Source: an uncultured Gammaproteobacteria bacterium
GTDB taxonomy: Bacteria > Patescibacteriota > Patescibacteriia > UBA11705 > DATKZF01
NCBI GenBank assembly: GCA_964411255.1
Contig: CAYPKD010000003.1
Location: forward strand, 92,439-156,438
Length of the DNA: 64,000 nucleotides
Direction: 5' to 3'
Shown here: piece by piece, positions 47,832-57,106 of the stretch
Layout: each line of letters starts with the position of its first letter
How positions within the stretch are numbered: position 1 is the first letter of the stretch
The notes under the pieces: generated by a model
Told to the model about the DNA's origin: nothing
Seen by the model: only the letters and a program-made list of their open reading frames with translations
Databases searched by the model: none
Made by a program: the position numbers and the translations under genes

Positions 47832-48917
47832 ATGCCATATTATACAGATGAATATTTAGCTTTTGATCATGATCGAGCGAAGGGACCTGGCCTTATATTG
47901 TTTATTTTGTTTTTGTTTGCTTTTGGTATTATGCCAGTGGCTGCATATAATTGGGCAGTCAGGCTTTATTTGTTTACCGGGTTGATTACTTTTATTTTGC
48001 GGCTGAGAAGAAATAGAGCTGAGTTTTTTAAGGAATTAGGCTGTGCGTTTAAATCACATACTACAAATTTTTGGTCTACATTAATATTATGGCCAATTGA
48101 TGTGATTGCCCTTGCCTTAGGCTGTAAATGTTCATTTATAAGTCGATATAGCATACATGAGTTTGATAGGATTTTTAGGAATAATAGAGGCATCCATCGT
48201 GATACGGTCAGAGAACTCGTTGAGCAACAAATTGATATTGGAGAAAAAGAAATAGAACAATTATTTGAAGATATGGTCTACAAGGCCAGAAAAACAACTG
48301 CTGTAGTTGGTTCTGGCGCAATGATTACCTTGGCAAATTATGCTTTTGCAAAGGGAACACCACCAAGAGCAAATGAAGAAGTTGAACTTCAGATGATTAT
48401 TTGGGGAGACTTTATGCATGATCGTCAGTTATGGCTTAAATTAAAGATATGGTATTTTGAGTTTTGGCAGCAAAATCGCTGGCCAGCTGGAAAAGCAGCT
48501 CCAGCTTCATATATTGGAGGTGGATTTAAAGTTCCATTATTCTCAAAATCTGCCATTGTAGTTAATTGTGGCCCACAGGGTTCAGATGAAGGCGTAGATA
48601 GTTTTGCCTTTTTTGTAAATTTGATCCTTGGAGACAAAGATTGGCAAATCGTTCTGGCTAATAGGGCACAAAAAAACTTTTTCAATAAAAAAGTACCATG
48701 GGTAATTATGCATATTCAGTCAATAAAAACTCCATTACTTGAATGGTTGAGACTAAAGGTTGATCAGGCATATTTACTGAATAAGTTAACTAGACTGAGA
48801 GTTGGGCCTGAATTTTCATTTCCAACTGACAGCCTAAAATATTTCAGACTTTGGCCAAGCTATGATTTTATTCAAGAAATCCCGGATGTTAGATTGCAAT
48901 TTCAATATTCATTTTAA
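47832..48917 (+). CDS. Hypothetical membrane protein with beta-rich C-terminal domain
   Basis: AGGAGG SD, TTGACA promoter; N-terminal TMs; ends VRLQFQYSF. Confidence 0.65.
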   Translation: MPYYTDEYLAFDHDRAKGPGLILFILFLFAFGIMPVAAYNWAVRLYLFTGLITFILRLRRNRAEFFKELGCAFKSHTTNFWSTLILWPIDVIALALGCKCSFISRYSIHEFDRIFRNNRGIHRDTVRELVEQQIDIGEKEIEQLFEDMVYKARKTTAVVGSGAMITLANYAFAKGTPPRANEEVELQMIIWGDFMHDRQLWLKLKIWYFEFWQQNRWPAGKAAPASYIGGGFKVPLFSKSAIVVNCGPQGSDEGVDSFAFFVNLILGDKDWQIVLANRAQKNFFNKKVPWVIMHIQSIKTPLLEWLRLKVDQAYLLNKLTRLRVGPEFSFPTDSLKYFRLWPSYDFIQEIPDVRLQFQYSF

Positions 48918-48992
48918 GCAGCAGATAATACTCGCTGCTTTTTTGTAAAAAAAACACCCGCGTAAAAGCGGGATGTTTTTATAAGTTGACTT

Positions 48993-49193
48993 TTAGGCTT
49001 TTTGTACATTGATAGCACGTGGGCCTTTTTCAGACTCTTCAACATCAAAGGTGACAGCATCTCCTTCATTTAAATCATTGTATTCAACACCCTGAAGCGC
49101 TGAAGAATGAAAGAAAATGTCTTTGTCAGGAGATTCATCTGAAGCGATAAATCCAAAACCTTTGTCTGTAAGTCTTTTGATTGATCCGTTCAT
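48993..49193 (-). CDS. Cold-shock protein
   Basis: KGFGFI, DIFFH, KGPRA; start MNGSIK. Confidence 0.95.
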   Translation of the reverse strand: MNGSIKRLTDKGFGFIASDESPDKDIFFHSSALQGVEYNDLNEGDAVTFDVEESEKGPRAINVQKA

Positions 49194-49358
49194 AAAAAAA
49201 TAAGATGAATTAATCTGCAAAATTTAGCCTCTTGCAGAAATTCGACTTATTTCTACTAACGGGGCAAACTTTTTGCAGTTTTATAATAGCATAAAATAAA
49301 AATAATGCAAATAGCAAAGCAATAAACAAAAACACCTCCATATTTGGAGATGTATTTG

Positions 49359-49434
49359 TGGGGCGAGTAGAGGGAATCGAACCCTCATCACCGGTACCAC
49401 AAACCGATGCTCTAACCGTTGAGCTATACCCGCC
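49359..49434 (-). tRNA. tRNA-His(GTG)
   Basis: TCGGT-TTGTGGT-ACCGG, G-1:C73, CCA. Confidence 0.93.
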
Positions 49435-49543
49435 ATGGTGTAGGATTATGGTGCAAATTGAAAATGTCAAAAACAGAGTAAGTCTAATAAATCGAGGAAA
49501 TATCTATACATTATTCGTATTCTAAAGAACCCTCTTTTATTAT

Positions 49544-49580
49544 TGGCTGAAGGCCATGAGCCTGTTAAGCAGGGATTGGA
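49544..49580 (-). repeat. Variant tRNA-end element (3' of tRNA-Arg TCT)
   Basis: CCA|TCCAATCCCTGCTTAACAGGCTCATGGCCTTCAG|CCA. Confidence 0.6.
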
Positions 49581-49657
49581 TGGCGTCCGCGGATGGACTC
49601 GAACCATCAACCTACAGCTTAGAAGGCTGTTGCTCTATCCGGTTGAGCTACGCGGAC
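49581..49657 (-). tRNA. tRNA-Arg(TCT)
   Basis: ACAGC-CTTCTAA-GCTGT, CCA. Confidence 0.95.
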
Positions 49658-49897
49658 CGAAAACTAAAATCACCTCACTATTATATCAAATTTCCAGAAT
49701 TGAGTCAATAAAGCAAGGTATATGGATATAATGTGTAAATTCCAAGTAAAATGTTTGATATTTGAATTAAAATATGTTATATTTGAGTATATTTTAGGTA
49801 AAATAGATAAAAATTGGATGAAAATTGCCTTTTGCGACACATATCCATGTATAAAATTAGGCAAATATTTGAAAAAATAGTATATAATGACGGAGAA

Positions 49898-49913
49898 TGT
49901 TTCACGTGAAACA
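49898..49913. promoter_or_regulatory. parS site
   Basis: Perfect palindrome TGTTTCACGTGAAACA. Confidence 0.92.
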
Positions 49914-49957
49914 TTTTGGATGCGAATTTCAAATTTCAATTTTTTAATTCCCAAAAT

Positions 49958-50034
49958 GCACCCGTAGCTCAGTTGGATAGAGCGAGACACTCCTAACGTC
50001 TAGGTCGCAGGTTCGATCCCTGCCGGGTGCGCCA
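49958..50034 (+). tRNA. tRNA-Arg(CCT)
   Basis: AGACA-CTCCTAA-CGTCT (31-39 mismatch), GGTTCGATCC, CCA. Confidence 0.92.
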
Positions 50035-50086
50035 TCCTTCGCTCTCGCCTCGCGAAGCTCGACTTGAGCTTCGGATGGCGCAGTCA
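50035..50086 (+). repeat. tRNA-end palindromic element (3' of tRNA-Arg CCT)
   Basis: CCA|TCCTTCGCTC...GAGCTTCGGATGGCGCAG|TCA. Confidence 0.8.
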
Positions 50087-50344
50087 CTGAAAGTCTACAT
50101 TAATTGATCCACAAAGGCATTTACCTGAGATGATTTGTAATTAAGGTCAGTAAGTAACTGACAATTGTATACACTGGTCTATACTTTTAGATGTCAAATC
50201 CCCTATTTGGGGACTTTTTGTTGACAAATAATAAATAGATATTTTGGAAAAATAAGGATTTAATTAACAATGCTATAGGAATATGTTTTATAGTATTTGC
50301 ATAATTGAATACATTGTAAAAATAGAATTCATGGACAAAAAAAA

Positions 50345-50360
50345 TGTTTCACGTGAAACA
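50345..50360. promoter_or_regulatory. parS site
   Basis: Perfect palindrome TGTTTCACGTGAAACA. Confidence 0.92.
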
Positions 50361-50508
50361 TAATATTACCTTTTGCGACACAACACTATGTTATTTATGT
50401 AAATTTAGCTAAAATATTAAAAATCTGTTAAATATTTCGAATTTTTGACAATTTTTTGGAAATGTAATAAAAAAGAGACAGTAGATCTTTCACAAAAAGG
50501 GGGAAAAA

Positions 50509-50937
50509 GTGGAACGAAAAATAGCTGAATACGAGTTTGTTGACTGTAAATGCTGTAAAGGCAGTGGAAAATGCAGCTGCTGCAAGGGAAACAGAAGGGT
50601 AAAAACAGAACTCAGAGTTGTTCATTTAATTCCAGAGGATAAAGTAATTGTTGAAAAAAGCTCTAGAAAATATGATAAAATGAAAGAAAAATACGACAAA
50701 ATTGGATTTGATTTTCTTATTGTATCAATGATAACAGTGGTGGCCTTAATGATTCTAGGAATCGTAACGAAAAGTTTTATTGTTTTAATAGGGATTGTCA
50801 TTCCTGTATTTTTCCTATATTTAACACTTATCATTTATGGAAAATCAGATGAGTGGTGGAAAAAATATTTAGAGGTTCGGTACGAAATCGCAAATAAATA
50901 TGGTATAGAGAAAGAAGAGATCTTTGTCATAAAATAA
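50509..50937 (+). CDS. Hypothetical membrane protein with CxxCxG motifs
   Basis: CKCCKGSG, CSCCKG, 2 TM; GGGGG SD. Confidence 0.65.
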   Translation: MERKIAEYEFVDCKCCKGSGKCSCCKGNRRVKTELRVVHLIPEDKVIVEKSSRKYDKMKEKYDKIGFDFLIVSMITVVALMILGIVTKSFIVLIGIVIPVFFLYLTLIIYGKSDEWWKKYLEVRYEIANKYGIEKEEIFVIK

Positions 50938-50984
50938 AACCGTCGATCATATTCGACGGTCTTTTTAATTTCAAATTATACAAA

Positions 50985-51206
50985 TTATAATTTTATTTCA
51001 ATTAATTTTAACGGAGAGCTTTTACCAACTTTTATTGAGATATTAGACTTTGGAATATTAAAATGTTTTGAAATTAATTCAATCAATTGTTTATTTGCTG
51101 CGCCATCAACTGGCGCTGCAGTTAGCTTCACCTTAAATTCAGTGTCAGATAGGGGAATGAGCTCTGTTTTTTTTGATTTAGTTAATACCTTTACAGTAAT
51201 GATCAT
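50985..51206 (-). CDS. DUF167/YggU family protein
   Basis: APVDGAAN..LI. Confidence 0.88.
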   Translation of the reverse strand: MIITVKVLTKSKKTELIPLSDTEFKVKLTAAPVDGAANKQLIELISKHFNIPKSNISIKVGKSSPLKLIEIKL

Positions 51207-51811
51207 ACAATTTTTGAAACATCACCTTTTCCTTGTCTTAAAACAATTGGCTGTTCTTGAGTTAAATCTAAAACTGTTGATGGCTCAGCTTTCAAAATTC
51301 CAGCATCTAAAATAAGGCCTATATTTCCATCTAGATTTTTTTCAATTTCAATTGGATCTGTAAAATGTGGTTGGCCTTTAATATTTGCACTTGTAGATAC
51401 TATTGGATTTCCTAGCATTTTTGTCAATTCTAAACATATTGGACTATCAGGAATTCTAATTCCTACAGTCAATCTTTTTGGCAGAATCTGTTTTGGAATA
51501 AGTTTTGTTGCTTTAAGTACAAAAGTATATGGCCCAGGACTTAGCATTTTTATTATTCTAAAAGCCGCATCACTTAATATTGCATATTTACTAATATCTT
51601 TTAAATCTGGCACAATGAAACTCAGTCCTTCAGAAGTCGGTTTTTGTTTAATTTTATAAATTTTTTGAATTGCATCAGGATTTAATGCATCACATCCAAG
51701 TCCATAAATTGTATCTGTTGGATAGGCAATAACGCCTCCTTGCTTCATTATTTCAACAGCTTTTTTTAGTTTTGGATACTCTGGAGTCTCCTTGTTGATT
51801 TCAATAAGCAT
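51203..51811 (-). CDS. Sua5/YrdC/YwlC family threonylcarbamoyl-AMP synthase-like protein
   Basis: YPTDTIYGLGC, PGPYT, VGIRIP, STSAN, PSTV. Confidence 0.9.
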   Translation of the reverse strand: MLIEINKETPEYPKLKKAVEIMKQGGVIAYPTDTIYGLGCDALNPDAIQKIYKIKQKPTSEGLSFIVPDLKDISKYAILSDAAFRIIKMLSPGPYTFVLKATKLIPKQILPKRLTVGIRIPDSPICLELTKMLGNPIVSTSANIKGQPHFTDPIEIEKNLDGNIGLILDAGILKAEPSTVLDLTQEQPIVLRQGKGDVSKIV

Positions 51812-51872
51812 AAAATTTTTGTTATTTATCTAATTTCATTTTATAATGCTTGTAGGTATTAGGCAACAAGAT

Positions 51873-52295
51873 ATGAAAAAAATTGTTTTATTATTTCTTT
51901 GTATCATAATTTTATCTGCGTGTGCTAAATCTGAAATTTCAAAGGTTTGTACTGATGAAATTTGTTTTGATGTTGAAATTGCTGATAGTTTATCAGAAAG
52001 AAAGCAAGGCTTAATGTATCGAGAGCATTTAGAAGAAAATAAAGGAATGCTTTTTATTTTTGATGAACAAAAAATTCATCCTTTTTGGATGAAAAATACT
52101 TTAATACCATTAGATATAATTTGGATTGATGAACAAATGGAAATTGTTTCTATTTTCCCAAATGCACAACCTTGCAAAACTGAACAATGCGATTCAATCC
52201 GGCCATTAAAAAAAGCAAAATATGTTCTGGAGATAAATGGGGGAATGGCTGCTGAAAAGGGGATTGATGTTCATGATTTTATTGAATTTAAATAA
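51873..52295 (+). CDS. DUF192 lipoprotein
   Basis: LSAC lipobox; GLMYR, GMLF, FWMKNT.IPLD. Confidence 0.9.
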   Translation: MKKIVLLFLCIIILSACAKSEISKVCTDEICFDVEIADSLSERKQGLMYREHLEENKGMLFIFDEQKIHPFWMKNTLIPLDIIWIDEQMEIVSIFPNAQPCKTEQCDSIRPLKKAKYVLEINGGMAAEKGIDVHDFIEFK

Positions 52296-52384
52296 TGGAA
52301 ATTGGTTATTTTAAAATTTGAAATTGGTATTCGAAATTAGAAAATGGAAATTGAAATAAAAAAATCCGCTCAAGTGTTGAGCGG

Positions 52385-53218
52385 TTATTTGGTTTTGCCA
52401 TGTTTACGTAGAATTTTATTTATTCTGGCAATATGCTTTTCGTCCTTTATATATTTTAGTTTTTCTTCAAGGTCAATCAAAATTTTTCCATATTCACTTT
52501 CAAAAATATAATTACATAATGTAAGAAATGGATATTTCCCTGGCAATTCTAATGAACCAAGATGTCTTCTGGGAAATAGCTTATATACATGCACATCCAT
52601 AGGAGGGTGATGGATACCACTTCCCAGCGGGGGGAAAACTTTGAGTCTTTTCATGTGCTTTTTCAGGGCCCTTAGCCTTGGAAAAAGAGAAGCTTTTATA
52701 TGGAATATTAGATTAGAAACAACCCAGGCAGCTGATTGAATTTCAAGTTTGTGTTCAGTTGTCCAGACAGGCATGGGGAATCCATAGGATTTATGCGGAA
52801 TCTCACTTGCTTGTGTTAAAGAATGAATTGCTTGCGCAGGTATTGACAAGTTATTCATACGTTCCTCAAAGTCTTTACACTGGATTATTTCAGCAGGATT
52901 AAAACATACGGCATCGAAGTATATTTCCAATAAAGATAATTCCTCGAATTGACATACTACAATTCCATTATCAAATCCCGGTGTAAGCGAGGGATGATAA
53001 AAATGAGCGTCAGCAAGTTTATAAGTCCCAAAAGGCTGTAAGTTTTTTACCGTTTCCCATGCTTTCATACTTCGCTCTTGGCAATAGCTGGCAGCAACAG
53101 CCTTTATCCCCTTGACTGCTTTTTGTGCTTGTCTTTTGGTTATTTGTATGTCAGGCCACGATGAAAGCAAGGCAACTGCTTTTCGTCTTATTCTTTCTCT
53201 TTTTTCTCTATCGAGCAT
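52385..53218 (-). CDS. Hypothetical protein
   Basis: AAGGGGG then ATG 53218; own promoter and terminator. Confidence 0.65.
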   Translation of the reverse strand: MLDREKRERIRRKAVALLSSWPDIQITKRQAQKAVKGIKAVAASYCQERSMKAWETVKNLQPFGTYKLADAHFYHPSLTPGFDNGIVVCQFEELSLLEIYFDAVCFNPAEIIQCKDFEERMNNLSIPAQAIHSLTQASEIPHKSYGFPMPVWTTEHKLEIQSAAWVVSNLIFHIKASLFPRLRALKKHMKRLKVFPPLGSGIHHPPMDVHVYKLFPRRHLGSLELPGKYPFLTLCNYIFESEYGKILIDLEEKLKYIKDEKHIARINKILRKHGKTK

Positions 53219-53309
53219 ATTTCCCCCTTGGTTTGAAAAGAACTGTTTCAAATTAGTTTAATTCAGAATTATTGATCTGTCAATAAAAATCCGCTCAGGT
53301 GTTGAGCGG

Positions 53310-53513
53310 TTAGATGCTGGGGTTTATGTAATCATCATCATAGGTGACAGAATATCCAGACTTGAAAAAGTTTCTGGCGCAATTGTAGGCTTTTGTGAAA
53401 GAAAAAGTAAAGAGCAATGTGAAAATGAAAATGATCGTTGCAAATACAAATTGAATTGATAAGACAATGACGAAAAGGAACAAACCTATCGTTAGAAAAG
53501 CTGCAAGATCCAT
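53310..53513 (-). CDS. Small membrane protein
   Basis: GGGAGG SD, long hydrophobic N-terminus. Confidence 0.6.
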   Translation of the reverse strand: MDLAAFLTIGLFLFVIVLSIQFVFATIIFIFTLLFTFSFTKAYNCARNFFKSGYSVTYDDDYINPSI

Positions 53514-53603
53514 CCTTTACCTCCCTTTGCGATTTGTTTGGGTTCGTTATACTTAATTTATCAATTTGACTTATTTTGTCAATAAAACCGCTCAATGAGC
53601 GGC

Positions 53604-54374
53604 TTATTTATTTTGAATTGTTTTTATTAATGCTTGGTGGACTTTTTTGTTTGAAGCGAGCATGTCTTTGCTCGTTAATGTCCATTCATTATCCTTAAAG
53701 TCTGTCACTTTGCCCCCAGCTTCTCTGACTAATAATATCCCAGCTGCCACATCCCAGGAATGTGCATTTGGAATTATCATAGAGTCAGTTCTGCCAGCTG
53801 CAACATAACCCAGTTCAAGTGAGGCAGAACCAAGCTGGCGCATAAAAGCGGCTCTTAGCTTGTAATAACTATAAAGCTTTATTGCTCTTTTCCATGAAGA
53901 AATGCCAGTGCCATGGCAATATGTTAAAAGTGCTTTGTCCAGTTGATTTCGATTTGATACTTTTAGTTTTTTATTATTAAGCTTTGCGCCCTTGCCAAGC
54001 TCTGCTACATAAAGTTCATCTAATGCTGGTGCATAGATAATACCAAGCTGGATTTCTCCTTTATAAACTAAAGCAGCTGAAACTGCAAAAAGGGGATTGT
54101 GCATGAAAAAATTGGTAGTACCATCTAATGGATCTATTACCCAGAGATAATCAGACTTATTTTTTGAGCGGCCGCTTTCTTCTGATAAAATGGTATGGTC
54201 TGGGAAGTTTTTTTTAATTGATTTTGTAATAATTTTATCTGCGACCATGTCTGCAGAAGTGACTAATTGATGTTTTGATTTATATTGAGCAGTGAATTTA
54301 CCTGAATTATAAATTTTAAGCAATTCTGACCCTGCTTTTTTTACTGCTTGTAAGGCAATTGTTTTTGGATTCAT
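53604..54374 (-). CDS. suhB: Inositol monophosphatase family (SuhB-like)
   Basis: WVIDPLDGTTNF, WDVAAG..LVREAGG. Confidence 0.9.
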   Translation of the reverse strand: MNPKTIALQAVKKAGSELLKIYNSGKFTAQYKSKHQLVTSADMVADKIITKSIKKNFPDHTILSEESGRSKNKSDYLWVIDPLDGTTNFFMHNPLFAVSAALVYKGEIQLGIIYAPALDELYVAELGKGAKLNNKKLKVSNRNQLDKALLTYCHGTGISSWKRAIKLYSYYKLRAAFMRQLGSASLELGYVAAGRTDSMIIPNAHSWDVAAGILLVREAGGKVTDFKDNEWTLTSKDMLASNKKVHQALIKTIQNK

Positions 54375-54378
54375 ATTT

Positions 54379-54840
54379 TTATAGATCTTCTAATAATTGT
54401 AGCTCTAATTTTTTTGTCTTTGTATCTAATGTTGCAAACACAGCCTTATAACCCATTCCAGCTAAGGATCCTGGATTAGCTAAATACGTATTATTAAATT
54501 TTTCAATCCATGGCTTATGCGAGTGGCCGTAAAATGCAAAATCTAAATTGTTTTCTTTAGTCATTAGACTGGCTACTATTTCTTTGTGGTGCGCTAATGC
54601 TATTTTTAAAGAATCAATTTCAATTATTTTCTTTTTATCCAAAGTGAACATGTCAGCATTGCCCCTCACGGCGTGAATATCTCCGTTAAAGCTGTCTTGG
54701 ATATAGTTAAATGTTTCTAAAGACGTGACATCACCACAGTGAAGTAGCGTTTTTATTTTATTTTTTTTGCAATAATTTGAAAATTTTTCCAAATTAGGAA
54801 TATTGTCATGGGAATCTGAGATAATCGCAATTTTTGACAT
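54379..54840 (-). CDS. YfcE-like metallophosphoesterase
   Basis: SDSH, HCGD, GNAD, GHSH, NPGS. Confidence 0.9.
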   Translation of the reverse strand: MSKIAIISDSHDNIPNLEKFSNYCKKNKIKTLLHCGDVTSLETFNYIQDSFNGDIHAVRGNADMFTLDKKKIIEIDSLKIALAHHKEIVASLMTKENNLDFAFYGHSHKPWIEKFNNTYLANPGSLAGMGYKAVFATLDTKTKKLELQLLEDL

Positions 54841-54917
54841 ATTTATGACAAAAGAACATAAGAACTCAAGAACTAAAGAACAAAATCATGTTCATAAGTT
54901 CATGCGTTTATTAGTTC

Positions 54918-55757
54918 TTAAGTTTTTCTTAACTTATTTAATATTTCAAGATTTTTTTTATCTGATTTATCATTTTCTTTTGGTGTTTCAATGATAAAAT
55001 TAATTTCCTGCAGTTTTGGATGTGTGATCAAGGTTTTGAATCCGTTTATTCCAATAAATCCTTTTCCAATATGTTCATGTCGATCTTTGTGAGAGCCCAG
55101 TTCAACTCTGCTATCATTAATATGCAGTAGTTTTAGCTTATCAAGGCCAATTGTTTTATTAAATTCTATTAAAGTTTTATTAACTGAGGTTTTTGTTCGC
55201 AAATCATAGCCAGACGCAAAAGCATGAGCAGTATCAAAGCATATGCCAACATCTTTATTTTGTATTTTATTTAGGATAAACGCAATTTCCTCAAATGTAT
55301 CACCCATAATTTTGCCAGCACCTGCTGACATTTCAATTAAAAATTTGGTTGTGCCAGTATATCCATCAAAAATTCGGTCAATACTGCGAACTGTTTCCTT
55401 GAGCGCATCTTTTTCAGTTCTTTCACCAGCACTTCCTAAATGAGTCATGATATATTTTACACCAAGCTGTGTACCTCTTTCTAATTCTTCCCGGCAGGCA
55501 TTGATTGACCCATGCTTTATGCGATTATTTGTTGAAGCTAGGTTAATATAATACGGAGTATGAATGTAATAATCAGTTAACTTATGCTTTTTGCAATTAG
55601 CTTTAAATTCTGTAATCTCTTTTTCAGTTAAAGCTTTTAGTCCTCCGCCCCGTGGTGATCTTGAAAAGAATTGAAAACATTCACAGCCTTGTTTTGCTGC
55701 GTTAAGCGGGGCGTTTTGGATGCCGCCAGCGATTGAGACATGGGCGCCTAGTTTCAT
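54918..55757 (-). CDS. nfo: Endonuclease IV
   Basis: GAHVS, HTPYYINL, DTAH, HINDS, DRHEHIG, ETP. Confidence 0.95.
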   Translation of the reverse strand: MKLGAHVSIAGGIQNAPLNAAKQGCECFQFFSRSPRGGGLKALTEKEITEFKANCKKHKLTDYYIHTPYYINLASTNNRIKHGSINACREELERGTQLGVKYIMTHLGSAGERTEKDALKETVRSIDRIFDGYTGTTKFLIEMSAGAGKIMGDTFEEIAFILNKIQNKDVGICFDTAHAFASGYDLRTKTSVNKTLIEFNKTIGLDKLKLLHINDSRVELGSHKDRHEHIGKGFIGINGFKTLITHPKLQEINFIIETPKENDKSDKKNLEILNKLRKT

Positions 55758-55811
55758 AAATTACAAATATTGAATCATTAAATTCGTTAAATGCATTAAA
55801 GTCGTTAAATA

Positions 55812-56240
55812 TTACAAATGATTACAGATATTCTGTACATCGCCTTGCAAAACAATTGGCTTCATTAAATTTATTTCAATAGCATATCTGATATCTTCTT
55901 CAGTCGGTGGGTCAAATAGCAAAAAGATTTTTTTATTAAAATGATGAGCAATGCCCATTTCCATTAAAGTTGAGCCGCCAACATAACCAGCTATTTCATT
56001 TTTTGGATAATTCAGTACCAGTATTGCATCTCTGGGTACTATTAAATCAAAATGAGCTTTTATAATATCATCATAGGTTTTAAAATGTTCAGGATCACTG
56101 GCAAAATCACGTTCTGGATTTTCAGCACACATTTTTGTATCATAAGGTACAACAACTTCATGTCCTAGGTCTTGAAGAATTTTTTGAGCCCCCAGCATTT
56201 GTTGGGCAAATTTCATTGAGCCGATTATGACGATTTTCAT
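55812..56240 (-). CDS. Nucleoside 2-deoxyribosyltransferase-like protein
   Basis: IIGSM, DAILVLN, Y.G.ST.MEMG.A...KKI. Confidence 0.65.
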   Translation of the reverse strand: MKIVIIGSMKFAQQMLGAQKILQDLGHEVVVPYDTKMCAENPERDFASDPEHFKTYDDIIKAHFDLIVPRDAILVLNYPKNEIAGYVGGSTLMEMGIAHHFNKKIFLLFDPPTEEDIRYAIEINLMKPIVLQGDVQNICNHL

Positions 56241-56383
56241 ATGGTTACGAATGTTAAATCATTAAATACATTAAATTCGTTAAAGACATTAAAATTATTA
56301 CAAATGATTGCGAATTAGATTATCTTTGGATTCAGGATAATTACATTATAACAAAAGCAGCTCAACAGAGCCTGTTTAATAAT

Positions 56384-57106
56384 TTATTTTTTTTGTATTC
56401 CAATTTGCTCCAGGAATTTAATTCTGGCAGGTTCAATTTTAATAGCTCCTTTTATATCACCAGGAATTGAATATATTAAAGAATCTTTTGAAATATATAG
56501 CTCAAGTTCAGAAGGATATTTTCGATCGTTATTTATTACAATATCCATATTCACTAATAAAGGCTCTGCTTCAAATTTTTGTACTGTGCTTATAAACTCT
56601 GGTGTAAGTTTAGTATCTGTTAATTTACGTAAAAATTCTTTTTTATCACGAAGAAGACGAGCCGCAAATCTTTTATCAATAGGTACTGTGATATATGTTC
56701 GTATATCTGATTTTTGACCGACAACCTTCTCCTCAATTGTTTGAACACCTTCAACTAAAATGACCTTTGCAGGGGTAAGATTATCAACAGATTTACCTTG
56801 CTGCAATTTGTTAATGGTCATATGCAATTTTTTTAAATCTAGTTCATTGCTGTTAGGAAAATAAAAATTATCAGTACTCACAACTGTTATATCTATTTTA
56901 TCTTCTGCTATTTTCTTACGTAGTTCGTTTGCCAGTGTTGTTTTCCCTGATCCTGTTTTGCCAGACAAGGTGACAAGAATACTTTTCTTTTCATTAAGGC
57001 AGGTCTTTATCTTGTCCTTAAGTAAAGCAATCCCTTCATCAAAATTCTCAGCGCGTTTGTAGGATTGCACATTAGCGTCCTCTTGTTTTGGTCGTTCTAA
57101 ATCCAT
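56384..57106 (-). CDS. P-loop kinase (uridine kinase-like)
   Basis: GKTGSGKTT, STDNFY, ILVEG, R...RD. Confidence 0.7.
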   Translation of the reverse strand: MDLERPKQEDANVQSYKRAENFDEGIALLKDKIKTCLNEKKSILVTLSGKTGSGKTTLANELRKKIAEDKIDITVVSTDNFYFPNSNELDLKKLHMTINKLQQGKSVDNLTPAKVILVEGVQTIEEKVVGQKSDIRTYITVPIDKRFAARLLRDKKEFLRKLTDTKLTPEFISTVQKFEAEPLLVNMDIVINNDRKYPSELELYISKDSLIYSIPGDIKGAIKIEPARIKFLEQIGIQKK

